IMG/VR virus record: IMGVR_UViG_3300017969_000006
Location: 35,772-99,771 of that record
Strand: one strand, 5' to 3'
Source of the DNA: a virus
DNA: 64,000 nt
A model generated the notes under the pieces. That model searched no databases, was not told where the DNA came from, and was given only the letters and a program-made list of their open reading frames with translations. The position numbers and the translations under genes were made by a program. Below are positions 9,770-19,929 of this stretch, piece after piece; positions within the stretch are counted from its first letter, which is position 1; each line of letters opens with the position of its first letter.

Positions 9770-11248
9770 TCAGACAACCGAGTTGGTCAGGTTGCTCTTA
9801 ACGATGTCGACTTCGATCTTGTCGCCGACACTCGACACGCGGATACCGACCTTGGCCTTGATAAGACCATCAGCCAACTGGGTAACAGGGTTGAGCGACG
9901 TATCGCACTTAACCGTGTATCCATAGTCGATCCGCTTGCCGTTTGCGTCGAACGCCTCATAAAGGGCGCCGGCGAGACGAAGAGGTTCAAGCACAGCGAT
10001 GAGTTTCGCCTCAACGCTGGCAAAAATGTTGTTACGTCCGTCGATGACGCTGAAGAGAAGATCTTCAAGCGTGCGATTGGCCTCGACAACCACGTGGTTG
10101 ACAAGATCCTGCGCCGTCATGTAACGGAAGTTGCTGGTGTCCGACGAGAGCGAACGAGCGCCATAGATGCGAATCGTGTTATTGATCGTGCGAATGGCGT
10201 TCACGTGTGCTTCGTCCAGTGCATCTCCCGCCGACTTGTCGAGAGCAAACTCGATTCCGTTGACGTAGCGTGCGTTCGAGATGATGCCTGCGCCGGGCTG
10301 CTGAGGTCCAACCTGATTGTGTGCGCGGGAGCGAACACCGGCAGCGTAGCCAAGCGGTGGAATCAGACGGTTGATGCCCGGAGTGGAAGTTGGAACATAA
10401 ACCCACGGGTAAAACACCGCAGCATGCTCACCATTAGCAGCACCGAGCGCTTCCGACCTGCCGTTAGCACCAGCAGTCACTGCGGTGGTACCAGCCGGAT
10501 AGTGATGGATGCTCATACGGTTGTTGGTGTTCGCGTGGGCGATAAGCGCGTCACGGACGACAGCGGAAGTTGTCTCTGGGCACCCAACAACGCCAGTTCC
10601 AAAAGAATTGAGGAACAAGTCGAGAGCAGCCGAGTACTGGTTGTCACCGGGGGCTCCACCGTCGCTCACCACTGAATTGTCAGCGTTCGTGGTCGGGAAC
10701 GCAGTTGAAGCAACTGGAGCGGGCATCAACGTGCCGGTGATTTCCGCCGTCACATATCGAGAAGCAATAGCGCTCGTGTTGATGCGTCCGACCATCTGAG
10801 CAAGCGACAAACAGTCACCAGTGTTGTACACCATGGTGCCTTCCCAATAAAGGCGAAGAGCCGAACTGTTTGCAGCAACACCGATGACGACTTCGTAATT
10901 GAGATCGTCTACCCATGTTCCCGGACCGTTGGCGGTAAGTTGCAATGCCGAATCAGCGTTGACATCATCGAGTTCGATGTACGAAGTGACTGGGTTGGCG
11001 CCAGTGACTCGAGCGACGTAACACTGGGTGCCGCCCTCCTCGAAGAATGCTTTAACGGTGTCATGCAGGTAGCCGTTTGAGACGTATCCGCCGTAGAGGG
11101 CCTCGTACTCTTCCATGCTGTTGACTTTTGAGGCCTGATCGGCAGGACCACGCTCGGTGATACCTGCAAAAAAAGCCTGTGACGATTCGCGAGTGGTGTT
11201 CCCGGTAGGGCCACTTCGCACTGCTGTTGAAATTACGACTCCCGGCAT
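9770..11248 (-). CDS. Contractile tail sheath protein
   Basis: MPGVVI..., FFAGITERGP, AFFEEGG..CYVARV, AAVFYPWV, IRIYGARSLS. Confidence 0.93.
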   Translation of the reverse strand: MPGVVISTAVRSGPTGNTTRESSQAFFAGITERGPADQASKVNSMEEYEALYGGYVSNGYLHDTVKAFFEEGGTQCYVARVTGANPVTSYIELDDVNADSALQLTANGPGTWVDDLNYEVVIGVAANSSALRLYWEGTMVYNTGDCLSLAQMVGRINTSAIASRYVTAEITGTLMPAPVASTAFPTTNADNSVVSDGGAPGDNQYSAALDLFLNSFGTGVVGCPETTSAVVRDALIAHANTNNRMSIHHYPAGTTAVTAGANGRSEALGAANGEHAAVFYPWVYVPTSTPGINRLIPPLGYAAGVRSRAHNQVGPQQPGAGIISNARYVNGIEFALDKSAGDALDEAHVNAIRTINNTIRIYGARSLSSDTSNFRYMTAQDLVNHVVVEANRTLEDLLFSVIDGRNNIFASVEAKLIAVLEPLRLAGALYEAFDANGKRIDYGYTVKCDTSLNPVTQLADGLIKAKVGIRVSSVGDKIEVDIVKSNLTNSVV

Positions 11249-11348
11249 AGGATTCTTCCCTTTTCTTGCGTCGGACGGTCACTTGTAAGTGTAATCACAA
11301 TTGTACAGAACACTTATTCGTTTCCTTGCAACTGCTTTGTATAGGATA

Positions 11349-11747
11349 TCAGACCTCATCTTCCGATGAGTTGACATTTTCGGGTTCTTCCACCTTCTCC
11401 TCGACTTCGGGCGCTGCCTCTTCAGCGGTCTCCTCTTTGGGAGATTCTGCTGATTCATCGGACACCACTTCCTCGACGGGATCAGTTTTGGTTTTGGAGG
11501 GAGATTTCTTTGGCTTTGAAGGAGCATCCACACTGGTTTCGTCGATAGCGACGTCGCCGCGCTCAACAGCGGCCTTCAGGGTTGCGTCCTGCTTTTTAAG
11601 GCGACCCCAAGAACGTGCTGGCATGACCTGACCTTCATCGTTGATCATTACGCTGTAGGAGCGAAGGCTGTGGACACCAACTCCACCGTCCACTTTGGCC
11701 ATCGCTGCTTCTGAGCGTGTGCAAACTTCGAAATGATTTCCAGACAT
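11349..11747 (-). CDS. Hypothetical protein with acidic low-complexity tail
   Basis: ORF track 11349..11765; ATG 11747 lies 6 nt after TATACT. Confidence 0.55.
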   Translation of the reverse strand: MSGNHFEVCTRSEAAMAKVDGGVGVHSLRSYSVMINDEGQVMPARSWGRLKKQDATLKAAVERGDVAIDETSVDAPSKPKKSPSKTKTDPVEEVVSDESAESPKEETAEEAAPEVEEKVEEPENVNSSEDEV

Positions 11748-11761
11748 GTGTAGAGTATACC

Positions 11762-12025
11762 TCACTTACCTTTTAGAAGACGTCCAGTTTTACCGAACGA
11801 CGCCAATGTTTTCAAGAACTTTTTTTCCAGACCGTCTACGATTCTCGGGTTATCTTTTGACACGAGCCAGATTTCGTGTCGTTTCGTTTTGCATGAATGG
11901 TCACAGATTTCAAAGTTGTCTATACCGCTGCAAGCGACGACAACTTTGTCCTTTGTGTCATAGCCAAACGCATAAACATCAGACACGCCGTTATTCAATT
12001 TAATACAACAACCACAATTACTCAT
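11762..12025 (-). CDS. Hypothetical Cys-containing protein
   Basis: Start overlaps the upstream stop (ATGA). Confidence 0.5.
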   Translation of the reverse strand: MSNCGCCIKLNNGVSDVYAFGYDTKDKVVVACSGIDNFEICDHSCKTKRHEIWLVSKDNPRIVDGLEKKFLKTLASFGKTGRLLKGK

Positions 12026-12630
12026 AACTCAATGCTTTCCGTAGATCCCATTCCTCTAATAACCGTTTCGATATCGAACTCACCGACCTCACCCAAAGGC
12101 TCGCGCATCACAATCTCATTAATTGACAAGTCGTAACCCAAATACGAGCCAGCAAGCATTCGATCACCCTTCAATACAGTGAGGTCCGAGAACTGCTCCT
12201 GAATTGTTCCCTCATCAACGAGAACTTGGAAAGTTTCCCGAGGATCGGTTGCCCTCAAACATGGGCGGTCAAGCAACGCTGAACGCACGACCGTAGTCAG
12301 ACGGTCTCTCATGGTCGTGGCCTCTTCAGACCCAGCATCACGTACCCAAATGTATGTTCGCATCTGATACGTGACCCGATACTCGGGATGACTCCGATCA
12401 AAACCAATTCGCTCAAAGTTCGATGTCGAGATAGCCACCGTAATCAGGGTCGGCCACGAATCCAAAGCAATTGGTTCGTAAGTCAAATACTTGCGGGGAT
12501 CAGGCAGTAGATAGTCATCTAAATTCCATCCGTTACGATACGAAACCAATCGAGTCGGAAGATCGAACTTGAGATACTCGTTTACATACTGTTTGGCGAA
12601 ATGTGCGCCATGCATCAAATCAATTGCCAT
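12022..12630 (-). CDS. Tail terminator / completion protein
   Basis: 202 aa between neck genes and sheath; WPTLITV...YRVTYQMRTYIWV. Confidence 0.55.
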   Translation of the reverse strand: MAIDLMHGAHFAKQYVNEYLKFDLPTRLVSYRNGWNLDDYLLPDPRKYLTYEPIALDSWPTLITVAISTSNFERIGFDRSHPEYRVTYQMRTYIWVRDAGSEEATTMRDRLTTVVRSALLDRPCLRATDPRETFQVLVDEGTIQEQFSDLTVLKGDRMLAGSYLGYDLSINEIVMREPLGEVGEFDIETVIRGMGSTESIEL

Positions 12631-12636
12631 AAACCA

Positions 12637-13098
12637 TCACCCGTCCACGTCGCCGTCTTTAATGTATTTAGCGGTTTTCTCTGCCCACTCGCGAGAGAAA
12701 TTCATCGGCTCATACACAACTTCACGTTTCGGCATCTTCGTAGTGCCGTACTGATGGAATTTAGCATACTTAATACCATTACCAAAAGTAGCCTCTTTAT
12801 CTCGAATCTCACTATCTGTACCACGCAGTTCACTGAGGCTTCGAAACAAGCGTCCACTCTGAACCATGGGCGGAGCACCGGGAAAATGAACAGATTTCCA
12901 AGATGCATACTCTGCATCGAGAGGCCGCCAACCGCCAGCAGCCAAGCCGTTGTCAAGGAAGTTTTGACGCCAGTCTCGCTGAAGTTGACGCCTCATGGCA
13001 CGAAACACCGGTTTGAAATTATCTGCGCGATGCATCATCCCGCGAAGGTCAGAACGAGTGCCGTCGTCCTCCCACTCAACATCAAAAAGAAGTGCCAC
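12637..13098 (-). CDS. Virion morphogenesis / tail completion protein (P2 gpS, Mu gpG-like)
   Basis: GGWRPL...MVQSGRLFRSL...YAKFHQYGTTKMPKR signature. Confidence 0.8.
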   Translation of the reverse strand: MALLFDVEWEDDGTRSDLRGMMHRADNFKPVFRAMRRQLQRDWRQNFLDNGLAAGGWRPLDAEYASWKSVHFPGAPPMVQSGRLFRSLSELRGTDSEIRDKEATFGNGIKYAKFHQYGTTKMPKREVVYEPMNFSREWAEKTAKYIKDGDVDG

Positions 13099-13100
13099 GG

Positions 13101-13724
13101 CTATGACACCTGAACGCGTCGATACCTCTTGACCGCCATCAATTCTTTTTCAAGAAAACCGGTTTCCATCGGCGCAACATTTCGTGGTTCCAAATCCTTG
13201 ACACCGACAACGTCGTCATGCATGTTTTGCATTTCACGAGTGGCAGCACGCAAAATCATCAACTTGAACATTTTGATGTCGTTGCCCGCCAAACCAGCGT
13301 CGTATGTGACTTCAACAATGTCATCCGCCCAACCACGGAAAAGATCCATCCCGTATCTGCGAACAACAAAATCACGATCCTCAGTCAAAGTTTCCCATTC
13401 CTGAAAACGTGGCTTCAACCTGACCTGAGAAACGGAGACAACCGGTGAATTGCGCAAATAAATCGTTGCAGGTGGCTGGGCATAAGTGATCGGATTCATC
13501 GTTGTATCTAGTGATGTGTTGTAGAAAAACGACGACATCGGAACGCCAACATGGTTTGCTGGAAGTTTGTATTCCTCGGTAAAAGTTCCAACCTCGATAG
13601 GTCGATTTAAGTACGCCTCGAGTTCGCTTTGCAATCCACCAAGCACCATTTCAGCGGCGTCCTCTTGACGCAGCGAAAAGGATATATCCATGTAATTTTT
13701 GAGATCAGCGATAGAAACAAGCAC
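13101..13724 (-). CDS. Head-tail adaptor (gp6/gp15-like)
   Basis: LVSIADLKNYM...ELEAYLNRPI...VEVTYDAG; probable GTG start at 13724 within ORF 13101..13835. Confidence 0.75.
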   Translation of the reverse strand: MLVSIADLKNYMDISFSLRQEDAAEMVLGGLQSELEAYLNRPIEVGTFTEEYKLPANHVGVPMSSFFYNTSLDTTMNPITYAQPPATIYLRNSPVVSVSQVRLKPRFQEWETLTEDRDFVVRRYGMDLFRGWADDIVEVTYDAGLAGNDIKMFKLMILRAATREMQNMHDDVVGVKDLEPRNVAPMETGFLEKELMAVKRYRRVQVS

Positions 13725-13740
13725 CAAGGCCCCCTTCGAA

Positions 13741-13908
13741 TTAGCCTCGGCGACGACGGCCGCGTTCGCGAATAATGTCACGAATCGTTTCGTCACGACG
13801 CCTGCGACCAACAAGACGACCGACGCCCTGCGCACCAGATCTAATCAAACGACGAAGAGTGCCCGGCCTACGGACGGTCTCATCTCCTGTTCTACCGGGT
13901 ACAGCCAT
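13741..13908 (-). CDS. Small Arg-rich basic protein
   Basis: ATG 13908 preceded by AAGGAG; MAVPGRT...RERGRRRRG. Confidence 0.55.
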   Translation of the reverse strand: MAVPGRTGDETVRRPGTLRRLIRSGAQGVGRLVGRRRRDETIRDIIRERGRRRRG

Positions 13909-13972
13909 GTCAATCTCCTTAAGGTGATGACATAAGTGTAGCACCAGAACACGTGCGTTTTTAAGAAAAATA

Positions 13973-14521
13973 CTAGCGATCTGGGCCCGGAGGTGGTTCA
14001 ACTAGAGCGCCACCGGCGTCAACTGTTCCCGCAGGAGCCTCAACCGGAACCCACGCACGAGAATACTGATGGTTTTTTACGTTTCGGCTTTTCAGAATCG
14101 TTCCATCTAGCATCAACTCGAGTTCATCGCCGCGCATCGACCACTGGCGATTGAAATCTTCTGCCTTAAACACACCAGAGCGTTTCAGGGTGCGGACAAT
14201 GTTTGACAACTTTTTAGCAACGATGCTTCCACGGCCTCGATTGAGTTGAATATGAAGCGCCATTGCCTCAACCTCAGATATGTCTAAAGAACGCACGGGA
14301 ACAACGTCAAACTTCTCTCGCAGGTGTTTATTCCCTTGAATCAACATGACCCTCTGAGACCCATCAATGATTTGTTTCGTTGAAGAACGAATAACTATTG
14401 GAGTTAGCAGTCCGTAATCTCCAAGCGAGGAGGCCAAGGTCAGCAGATCCGGCCGAAGAATATGGGTGGCGTTCCATGTTGGAACAACAAGTTCATCAAT
14501 TTCCATGTACTCAAGCATCAT
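13973..14521 (-). CDS. ibrB: IbrB-like ParB/Srx-domain protein
   Basis: GLLTPIVI...IIDGSQR...HIQLNRGRG; directly downstream of IbrA-like gene. Confidence 0.7.
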   Translation of the reverse strand: MMLEYMEIDELVVPTWNATHILRPDLLTLASSLGDYGLLTPIVIRSSTKQIIDGSQRVMLIQGNKHLREKFDVVPVRSLDISEVEAMALHIQLNRGRGSIVAKKLSNIVRTLKRSGVFKAEDFNRQWSMRGDELELMLDGTILKSRNVKNHQYSRAWVPVEAPAGTVDAGGALVEPPPGPDR

Positions 14522-15653
14522 TATCCTCGCTCAACTTTTCCAGTGCTTTACGGCGAAGAGTATCCGCCCTTGTTTTTGGCCCAACAGGTGACGCCGCCAA
14601 CGTGGTCAACTCGTTCAACAGCAAGTTGCGAATCAGCCAGTTCAGTGGATATGAATACGGATCGGCAGCGTGCTTCTTCCTGAATTCAGCAACGAAGGCT
14701 CTCGCCCTAGTTTGCTTCGTCGGGCCTATCATGAAAGTGCCCACTACGTCTTTGACGCCGTCCCAACCACGAGACGCAAACTTTTCAATGACCTGTTCGA
14801 TGTCATACTCTGGCCACCATCTACGTTGAGCATCGATGTATGGGAAGCATTCGTAGAGCCTGTCGTAGAACTCCGGTTCTGTCGCAACAAGATCCCCAAT
14901 ACGTCGAATGGCAACGGAGTGTAAGGGAATACCAACCCGCGTGTTTGATCCTGTAAGTGCGGCAAGATCATAATATTCGCAATACGGTGCACCATGTTCC
15001 TCAGAGATGAATTTGAATACATCATCGGTATTCCAGTCATAGATGACCTTCGCGAATTTAAGTGGAACACCGCTCTTCAGTCGGTACGGCTTCACAATGT
15101 AGTTCTCGTGGAGTTTCTGAACACATGACCTGTAACGAATCATGGATTCCGATGCTCGAACACCGGTAATAAAAGCGGTCGAACCCTTTTTCCCCTGCAT
15201 GGTGTAATAGTCAACAGATTCCGGAAGGCTTTTGCTGTGATCTAGGCCAAACGAGTAACCGGTAATCGCATCATCCGGCATCTCGCGAACAAGACGACCC
15301 TCTGAGCGTCGTTGATCACCCCACAAAATGACAGACTGCCGGCGACCCAAAACCCAAACCTCAGCACCATAAGGCAGGCAATACCACTCCATGTCGACCC
15401 AGTCAAAATTCTTGACCATGTTGACATAGTCAATGACTACGGGTGAGACCATTTCCTCGTCACGAAAAATAACTTTCACAGGGCCGAGGCCACGCTCTTC
15501 GTGAATTTCTTTGGCCAAATACAAGACTGCTGTTGAGTCTTTTCCCCCAGAAAATTGGACGCAAACGGTATCGAACGAATCATAGATATGGCGAATTCGT
15601 TCACGCGCAGCATCGACAACGCTGATGTCTAGAAACATCCTCTGACGTGTCAC
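14511..15653 (-). CDS. ibrA: IbrA-like PAPS-reductase-family protein
   Basis: VQFSGGKDS, FRDEE, GVRASESMIR, IYDWNTDDVFK; GTG 15653 overlaps upstream stop. Confidence 0.8.
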   Translation of the reverse strand: MTRQRMFLDISVVDAARERIRHIYDSFDTVCVQFSGGKDSTAVLYLAKEIHEERGLGPVKVIFRDEEMVSPVVIDYVNMVKNFDWVDMEWYCLPYGAEVWVLGRRQSVILWGDQRRSEGRLVREMPDDAITGYSFGLDHSKSLPESVDYYTMQGKKGSTAFITGVRASESMIRYRSCVQKLHENYIVKPYRLKSGVPLKFAKVIYDWNTDDVFKFISEEHGAPYCEYYDLAALTGSNTRVGIPLHSVAIRRIGDLVATEPEFYDRLYECFPYIDAQRRWWPEYDIEQVIEKFASRGWDGVKDVVGTFMIGPTKQTRARAFVAEFRKKHAADPYSYPLNWLIRNLLLNELTTLAASPVGPKTRADTLRRKALEKLSEDNDA

Positions 15654-16264
15654 AACTTGCCTCGCTTGATCTTGCCTCGCTTGATGTCGTATGCGAGTTT
15701 GGTTTGAGTTGGCTTGGTAAACGGCGCAGGGTGCCTGAAAATACCAAGGTACAGGGCTTCCCATCGTTCCTGTGTTTCAATTCGAATCCAGTTCCCCCTA
15801 ATCAGAGGTGAGGGATAAGGTGCTCGCCCAAGCATCTCGTTGATCTCAACAACTGTGTATCCCTTGTCGCGGATTCGCTGTGCGATTTTTTTGCTGTAAG
15901 AGGAACGCACCAGTTGCTTGGGGCCGAAATTGTCTGGTCGAACCCGCAAGATCTTGCTTTCCGTTTCTCGCCAAACCATCTTGGATTTCCCGGAACGGAT
16001 TTTTTTGAGCGTTGCTTCATGTATGCCTGACCGTATTGCAACAGCGTTGATGCTAACCCCATGTTCCTTCAGGTAAAGCAAATGTCGTTGAGCAACGCCC
16101 GGATCAACCGAACGACTCGGCGGCTCAGGCCCAATCCCCTGCTTGAATCGTCGATGCAGACGCATACGCTCACGATTGTAGGTTCTGTGTGCGATTACGC
16201 ATGCCTCACACTTGCAACCCCTTGAATACCCGGCGTGCTCTCCGTGGCGTATCGGTTTGCTCAT
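15650..16264 (-). CDS. Zn-finger plus HTH DNA-binding protein
   Basis: HGEHAGYSRGCKCEAC and GVSINAVAIRSGIHEATLKKIRSG. Confidence 0.6.
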   Translation of the reverse strand: MSKPIRHGEHAGYSRGCKCEACVIAHRTYNRERMRLHRRFKQGIGPEPPSRSVDPGVAQRHLLYLKEHGVSINAVAIRSGIHEATLKKIRSGKSKMVWRETESKILRVRPDNFGPKQLVRSSYSKKIAQRIRDKGYTVVEINEMLGRAPYPSPLIRGNWIRIETQERWEALYLGIFRHPAPFTKPTQTKLAYDIKRGKIKRGKL

Positions 16265-16929
16265 GGGGAAACTCTACCGTGGGCCTCCCAAGCGTCAAAC
16301 GTCACCGGCATTTTTTCTTTGAATGAATACTCAATCGCGCCGGCATAATCCCGGATTTCCCTTTGAGCGGTAGAATCCGTACGCAAAGAGAGGAAGTTCA
16401 TAAGCGCCCTAGCGTTTACAGTCCAGTAAAACTCCGTGAATGTTGACACCGGGAGTACCGTTCTGGCAATTTCCTTCGCAACTCCCCGCTCAAGCAAATA
16501 GTTGTATGTTCTAAACGCCGCCTGATTCGACTGATTGATCACCTCGGAGACCTGCTCAGCCAACTCGTCATCAAGAGGTTCAAAAGTATAACTCCCCGGT
16601 TTACCCGTCTGCTTTCGACAATATTCTCCGACAGGCACATACCCAGCATTGTCCAAGCGGGTATACCGACCAGAAATTTCATTGAACGAACCAATGCGGT
16701 GCCGGAACCATTCGCGGGCGACAAAAATTGGACACTTGACGTGGAACCGAAATGAGTTGTGCTCGAAAGGCGTCCCATGACGCTCCCTCATCAGAAAATT
16801 AATGAGCCCCTCATCAGCATCACCCATGACCTCTCGCCTATCCCCAAAAGAAACTCTGGCGGCATTGACAACAGACAGATCATCAGCCATCGAATCGTCA
16901 AGTCGAACAAAACCATGTTCATGAATCAT
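16261..16929 (-). CDS. thyX: Flavin-dependent thymidylate synthase
   Basis: HGTPFEH, PIFVAREWFRHRIGSFNEISGRY, NARALMNFLSLR, AQREIR; ATG 16929 with GGAGG. Confidence 0.95.
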   Translation of the reverse strand: MIHEHGFVRLDDSMADDLSVVNAARVSFGDRREVMGDADEGLINFLMRERHGTPFEHNSFRFHVKCPIFVAREWFRHRIGSFNEISGRYTRLDNAGYVPVGEYCRKQTGKPGSYTFEPLDDELAEQVSEVINQSNQAAFRTYNYLLERGVAKEIARTVLPVSTFTEFYWTVNARALMNFLSLRTDSTAQREIRDYAGAIEYSFKEKMPVTFDAWEAHGRVSP

Positions 16930-16930
16930 C

Positions 16931-17713
16931 TTAGACCTCCGAATGCGCGTCGATAAAGGACATAATTTTCTCTGCCGTTGTAGACCCGTCGTAGCCGGGG
17001 TCATTCCGCAACCACCGAATAAAGTCATACCATCGACGTTGCTGCTCCGGATCGTCGAATACCAAGGTGTATTGAACGACAGCCTGAGGCGCAGAACCCG
17101 GTGACGCTACGGTCGAACCCTGAATTGCAACTTGCTTATGATCGACGTCACCACCGGCCACAATTTGACGCTCGCCGTCAGCGTTCTCTTCGACAATAGG
17201 ATTGTAAGTTGGCTTTGTGTCAACTATGACTGGCGGAACATAAGACGAAGAACCGACCGTCGGATCGTTGGCGTTAAATGATGCTTCCTCGTATGCGGCG
17301 ATTTCAAACTCGTCCCATCCAAGTCCATCGAAAAGGTCCTGATAGTTGTTCTCTGCCATCATTTCCATGAGTTCAAAAACCGCAGCGTTATCGCTTTGGC
17401 CTAGTTCAACAGTTCGGTTGTCAGCAAGAGCGAAGGCAATTGCTTTATCCATGTCACCATCCATGCGCACTGCCGCAACCTGAGTCCATCCCAGTCGTCG
17501 TGCTGCTTCAACTTGGTGATTCCCAGCGATTACCGTGAATGTTCCATCATCACCATTTGGAGTGATGACAATTGGACGCACTTGTCCGAATTCACGATAC
17601 GACGCCATGATTGCCTCAACGTTACCTTTTCGAGGATTACTAGGCAGTGGCGTCAAAACGCTGAGGTCGATAGCAAGATCGGCAATTGCTTTATCAATAT
17701 TGTTACTCACCAC
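16931..17713 (-). CDS. ParB-like N-terminal domain protein
   Basis: PSNPRKGNVEAIMASYREFGQVRPIVI...IAGNHQVEAARRLGW...ALADNR. Confidence 0.8.
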   Translation of the reverse strand: MVSNNIDKAIADLAIDLSVLTPLPSNPRKGNVEAIMASYREFGQVRPIVITPNGDDGTFTVIAGNHQVEAARRLGWTQVAAVRMDGDMDKAIAFALADNRTVELGQSDNAAVFELMEMMAENNYQDLFDGLGWDEFEIAAYEEASFNANDPTVGSSSYVPPVIVDTKPTYNPIVEENADGERQIVAGGDVDHKQVAIQGSTVASPGSAPQAVVQYTLVFDDPEQQRRWYDFIRWLRNDPGYDGSTTAEKIMSFIDAHSEV

Positions 17714-18164
17714 TAATCACCTCAATAACATCGATGTGAGCATTTTCCATGAACAAACGCACTCTAGCCCAATCTTCATACGCTGAATCGGAATAACAAA
17801 CCACCCTGACAATTCCACTGGAGGCAATTTGTTTGGCGCACCCGTAACAGGGTGGTCCGTTTACAATCAGGGTGCCACCAATCCTTTGACTGGGGTCAGA
17901 CCACAACAGCGCATTTGCTTCGGCATGTTGAGCGATGCAGTTGTCGTAAACCGCGCCATTGGCCGATCCCTCCGTATAGCGTGGACAATGACCGTCGACA
18001 CAATGACCAATTCCCGGCGGGGAGCCGTTATAACCCACTCCAGCGACACGGCCATTGGGCATTAGAACAACAGCGAAATACTGACGTTTAGCGCAAGTGG
18101 AAAACCTGCCGGCCAGATCAACGCACGACTCAAGCCAGTTCTTCTCGCGCCTTGATATTGTCAC
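17703..18164 (-). CDS. dCMP deaminase
   Basis: STCAKR, GYNGSP, HAEANAL, PCYGC. Confidence 0.9.
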   Translation of the reverse strand: MTISRREKNWLESCVDLAGRFSTCAKRQYFAVVLMPNGRVAGVGYNGSPPGIGHCVDGHCPRYTEGSANGAVYDNCIAQHAEANALLWSDPSQRIGGTLIVNGPPCYGCAKQIASSGIVRVVCYSDSAYEDWARVRLFMENAHIDVIEVISGE

Positions 18165-18508
18165 GGCCCAACCTGAACACGCACATTTGCATTCAGTGTC
18201 CGCATGGCATCAATTGACGTTCTAAGTGACAACAACTTTTCCCGCTTCGATTTCACAAGCGCTTCAGCAATCTTGAAATCGTATTGCTCATCCGCCATCT
18301 TGTAATCAGCCCAAGACTCACGTTCCTTAATTGAGCCCTTAGCGCTGAGATATTCTTTAGCCCAATTTGATTTATATAAGGCTTCTTTCTTCGCCGAATC
18401 TTCCGCTAATACTTCGAAGGCCTCCGTCTCATCTTCGAGATCAGCGATCAAACGAAGCAACTCGTCTTCGATTTCAACCTGACTAATAGGGCTGTTTCTA
18501 CGGTTCAT
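18161..18508 (-). CDS. Hypothetical coiled-coil protein
   Basis: 115 aa, helical, translationally coupled. Confidence 0.55.
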   Translation of the reverse strand: MNRRNSPISQVEIEDELLRLIADLEDETEAFEVLAEDSAKKEALYKSNWAKEYLSAKGSIKERESWADYKMADEQYDFKIAEALVKSKREKLLSLRTSIDAMRTLNANVRVQVGP

Positions 18509-19010
18509 TTCTCCACTCTATTTTTTCTAATGCGGCCAAATGTGATTCTGGCCAACTGTAAGATGACTCACCCAAATGCGCTAAAACCATCTGACGCAAA
18601 ATCCATGCGTCACACATATCGTCAGATCCAGAACCAGACCACACGATTCCGGTTCTCGCAGAAATTGAACTTACAACTTCGGTTTTCGAAGCATTCCCTT
18701 TTCCGGTGGCGAACTTCGCTCGTGAAGTGGGTGGTATTTCCACGTAAGGAATACCATGCTCATAAAAATCGACACGCAAAACTCCACCAAGTTCACCCAA
18801 AGCATGAGCGTGAGAATTTCTTGAAGAAAAGGAATATCCCTCGATCGCTATCAGATCTATCGAGTGCGCCCGCACAAGAGCGTTGACAAAATTACGTATC
18901 TGAATTAGACGTTCAGGACCTTTTGTCTTCGGCTGAAAAACCATCGTTTCATCGTCAGACATGCAAACACCAGTCGATGTCAGCGATGGATCAACACCAA
19001 GGACGTTCAT
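18498..19010 (-). CDS. ruvC: RuvC-like Holliday junction resolvase
   Basis: VLGVDPSLTSTG, IAIEG, KFATGKGNASK, DDMCDA; ATG 19010. Confidence 0.88.
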   Translation of the reverse strand: MNVLGVDPSLTSTGVCMSDDETMVFQPKTKGPERLIQIRNFVNALVRAHSIDLIAIEGYSFSSRNSHAHALGELGGVLRVDFYEHGIPYVEIPPTSRAKFATGKGNASKTEVVSSISARTGIVWSGSGSDDMCDAWILRQMVLAHLGESSYSWPESHLAALEKIEWRNEP

Positions 19011-19378
19011 TTCTCCCAGCCGTGTTTCGCTAAACCCAACTCGAATGCCAACTGCGGATAATTGCCAATTCGAACATGACATTCTCGACAGACTGCAATG
19101 CAGTTGGACTCATCAAGAATCGAACCGCCCTGACTTCTGCGAACAAGTTCGTGAATGTCTACACTCCCCCTACGAGTGTAAGCAATGACTCCATCGTGCC
19201 TCGCAAAAACCGGACACGCTTGACAGTATCTGTGATCGTCCAACATTTTTGCGACAAGTTTGCGTCGCTCAACATATTCTGCTTCACGTTTCTTGCTACG
19301 CACTTTCAATGGCGAACCACGCTTCAGACCACCAGACCTCTTCAAAGGGGTCCGCTTCATCGGTTTGCCACGCTTCAC
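19007..19378 (-). CDS. HNH endonuclease-like protein
   Basis: CQAC...DIHELVRRSQGG...NCIAVCRECH. Confidence 0.75.
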   Translation of the reverse strand: MKRGKPMKRTPLKRSGGLKRGSPLKVRSKKREAEYVERRKLVAKMLDDHRYCQACPVFARHDGVIAYTRRGSVDIHELVRRSQGGSILDESNCIAVCRECHVRIGNYPQLAFELGLAKHGWEK

Positions 19379-19929
19379 AACAACGCAGCATCCACGTTGT
19401 CGAACTCCCAGCGATTATCGAGGGTAGCCCACAGTGCTTTGTCGACCTCAGTTTCTTCCATGTTGTACTCCTGCAACATGGTCCGATGCATCTTGATAGC
19501 GCGACGATAAAAATCTGCGGTTTCCCAAGGGCTTTCCTCGATGACCTGACCGTTTTCAATCATCGCATTAACTTGGTTCAAGCGTCTTTGAACAAAGAAC
19601 CTAAATCGCTCAACCTTGTTTCGCTTAGATTTGTATGCCGACTCAGCGGTCTTCAATAATTTTGCACCATCACGGCCAAGCGCTTTGTACCTAGATGCAT
19701 CGGCTTCAGAGTCAGCATCAATATCGTCAATCTGTCCGTTCAAGTTTTCAACAAGTACCTGAAGGGCCCGTCTCCACTTGTCCCAGTTCTCTTGCTTCAT
19801 TAATGTCTGTCTTTGATCTGGCGACAGTTTATTTTTGACTTCTTCAGCCACCATTTGTGCAAAAATTTCGTCCGGAATCACCACTACCTCCAAGCAGGGC
19901 AAATTGTTTTGTAGGCGCACCAATCGCAA
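19375..19929 (-). CDS. Hypothetical protein (true start probably near 19884)
   Basis: Coupled ORF in the recombination cluster. Confidence 0.55.
   Translation of the reverse strand: MRLVRLQNNLPCLEVVVIPDEIFAQMVAEEVKNKLSPDQRQTLMKQENWDKWRRALQVLVENLNGQIDDIDADSEADASRYKALGRDGAKLLKTAESAYKSKRNKVERFRFFVQRRLNQVNAMIENGQVIEESPWETADFYRRAIKMHRTMLQEYNMEETEVDKALWATLDNRWEFDNVDAALL

Noticed and set aside
9710-10675. 321-aa plus-strand ORF opposite the sheath gene
   Set aside because: Antisense shadow of the well-supported sheath gene.
1-13724. Extracellular contractile injection system or tailocin rather than phage
   Set aside because: Terminase, portal, protease, capsid and replication genes are on the same contig.
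15656-15685. 15-bp direct repeat
   Set aside because: Simple duplication encoding IKRGK twice at a protein C-terminus; no further significance evident.
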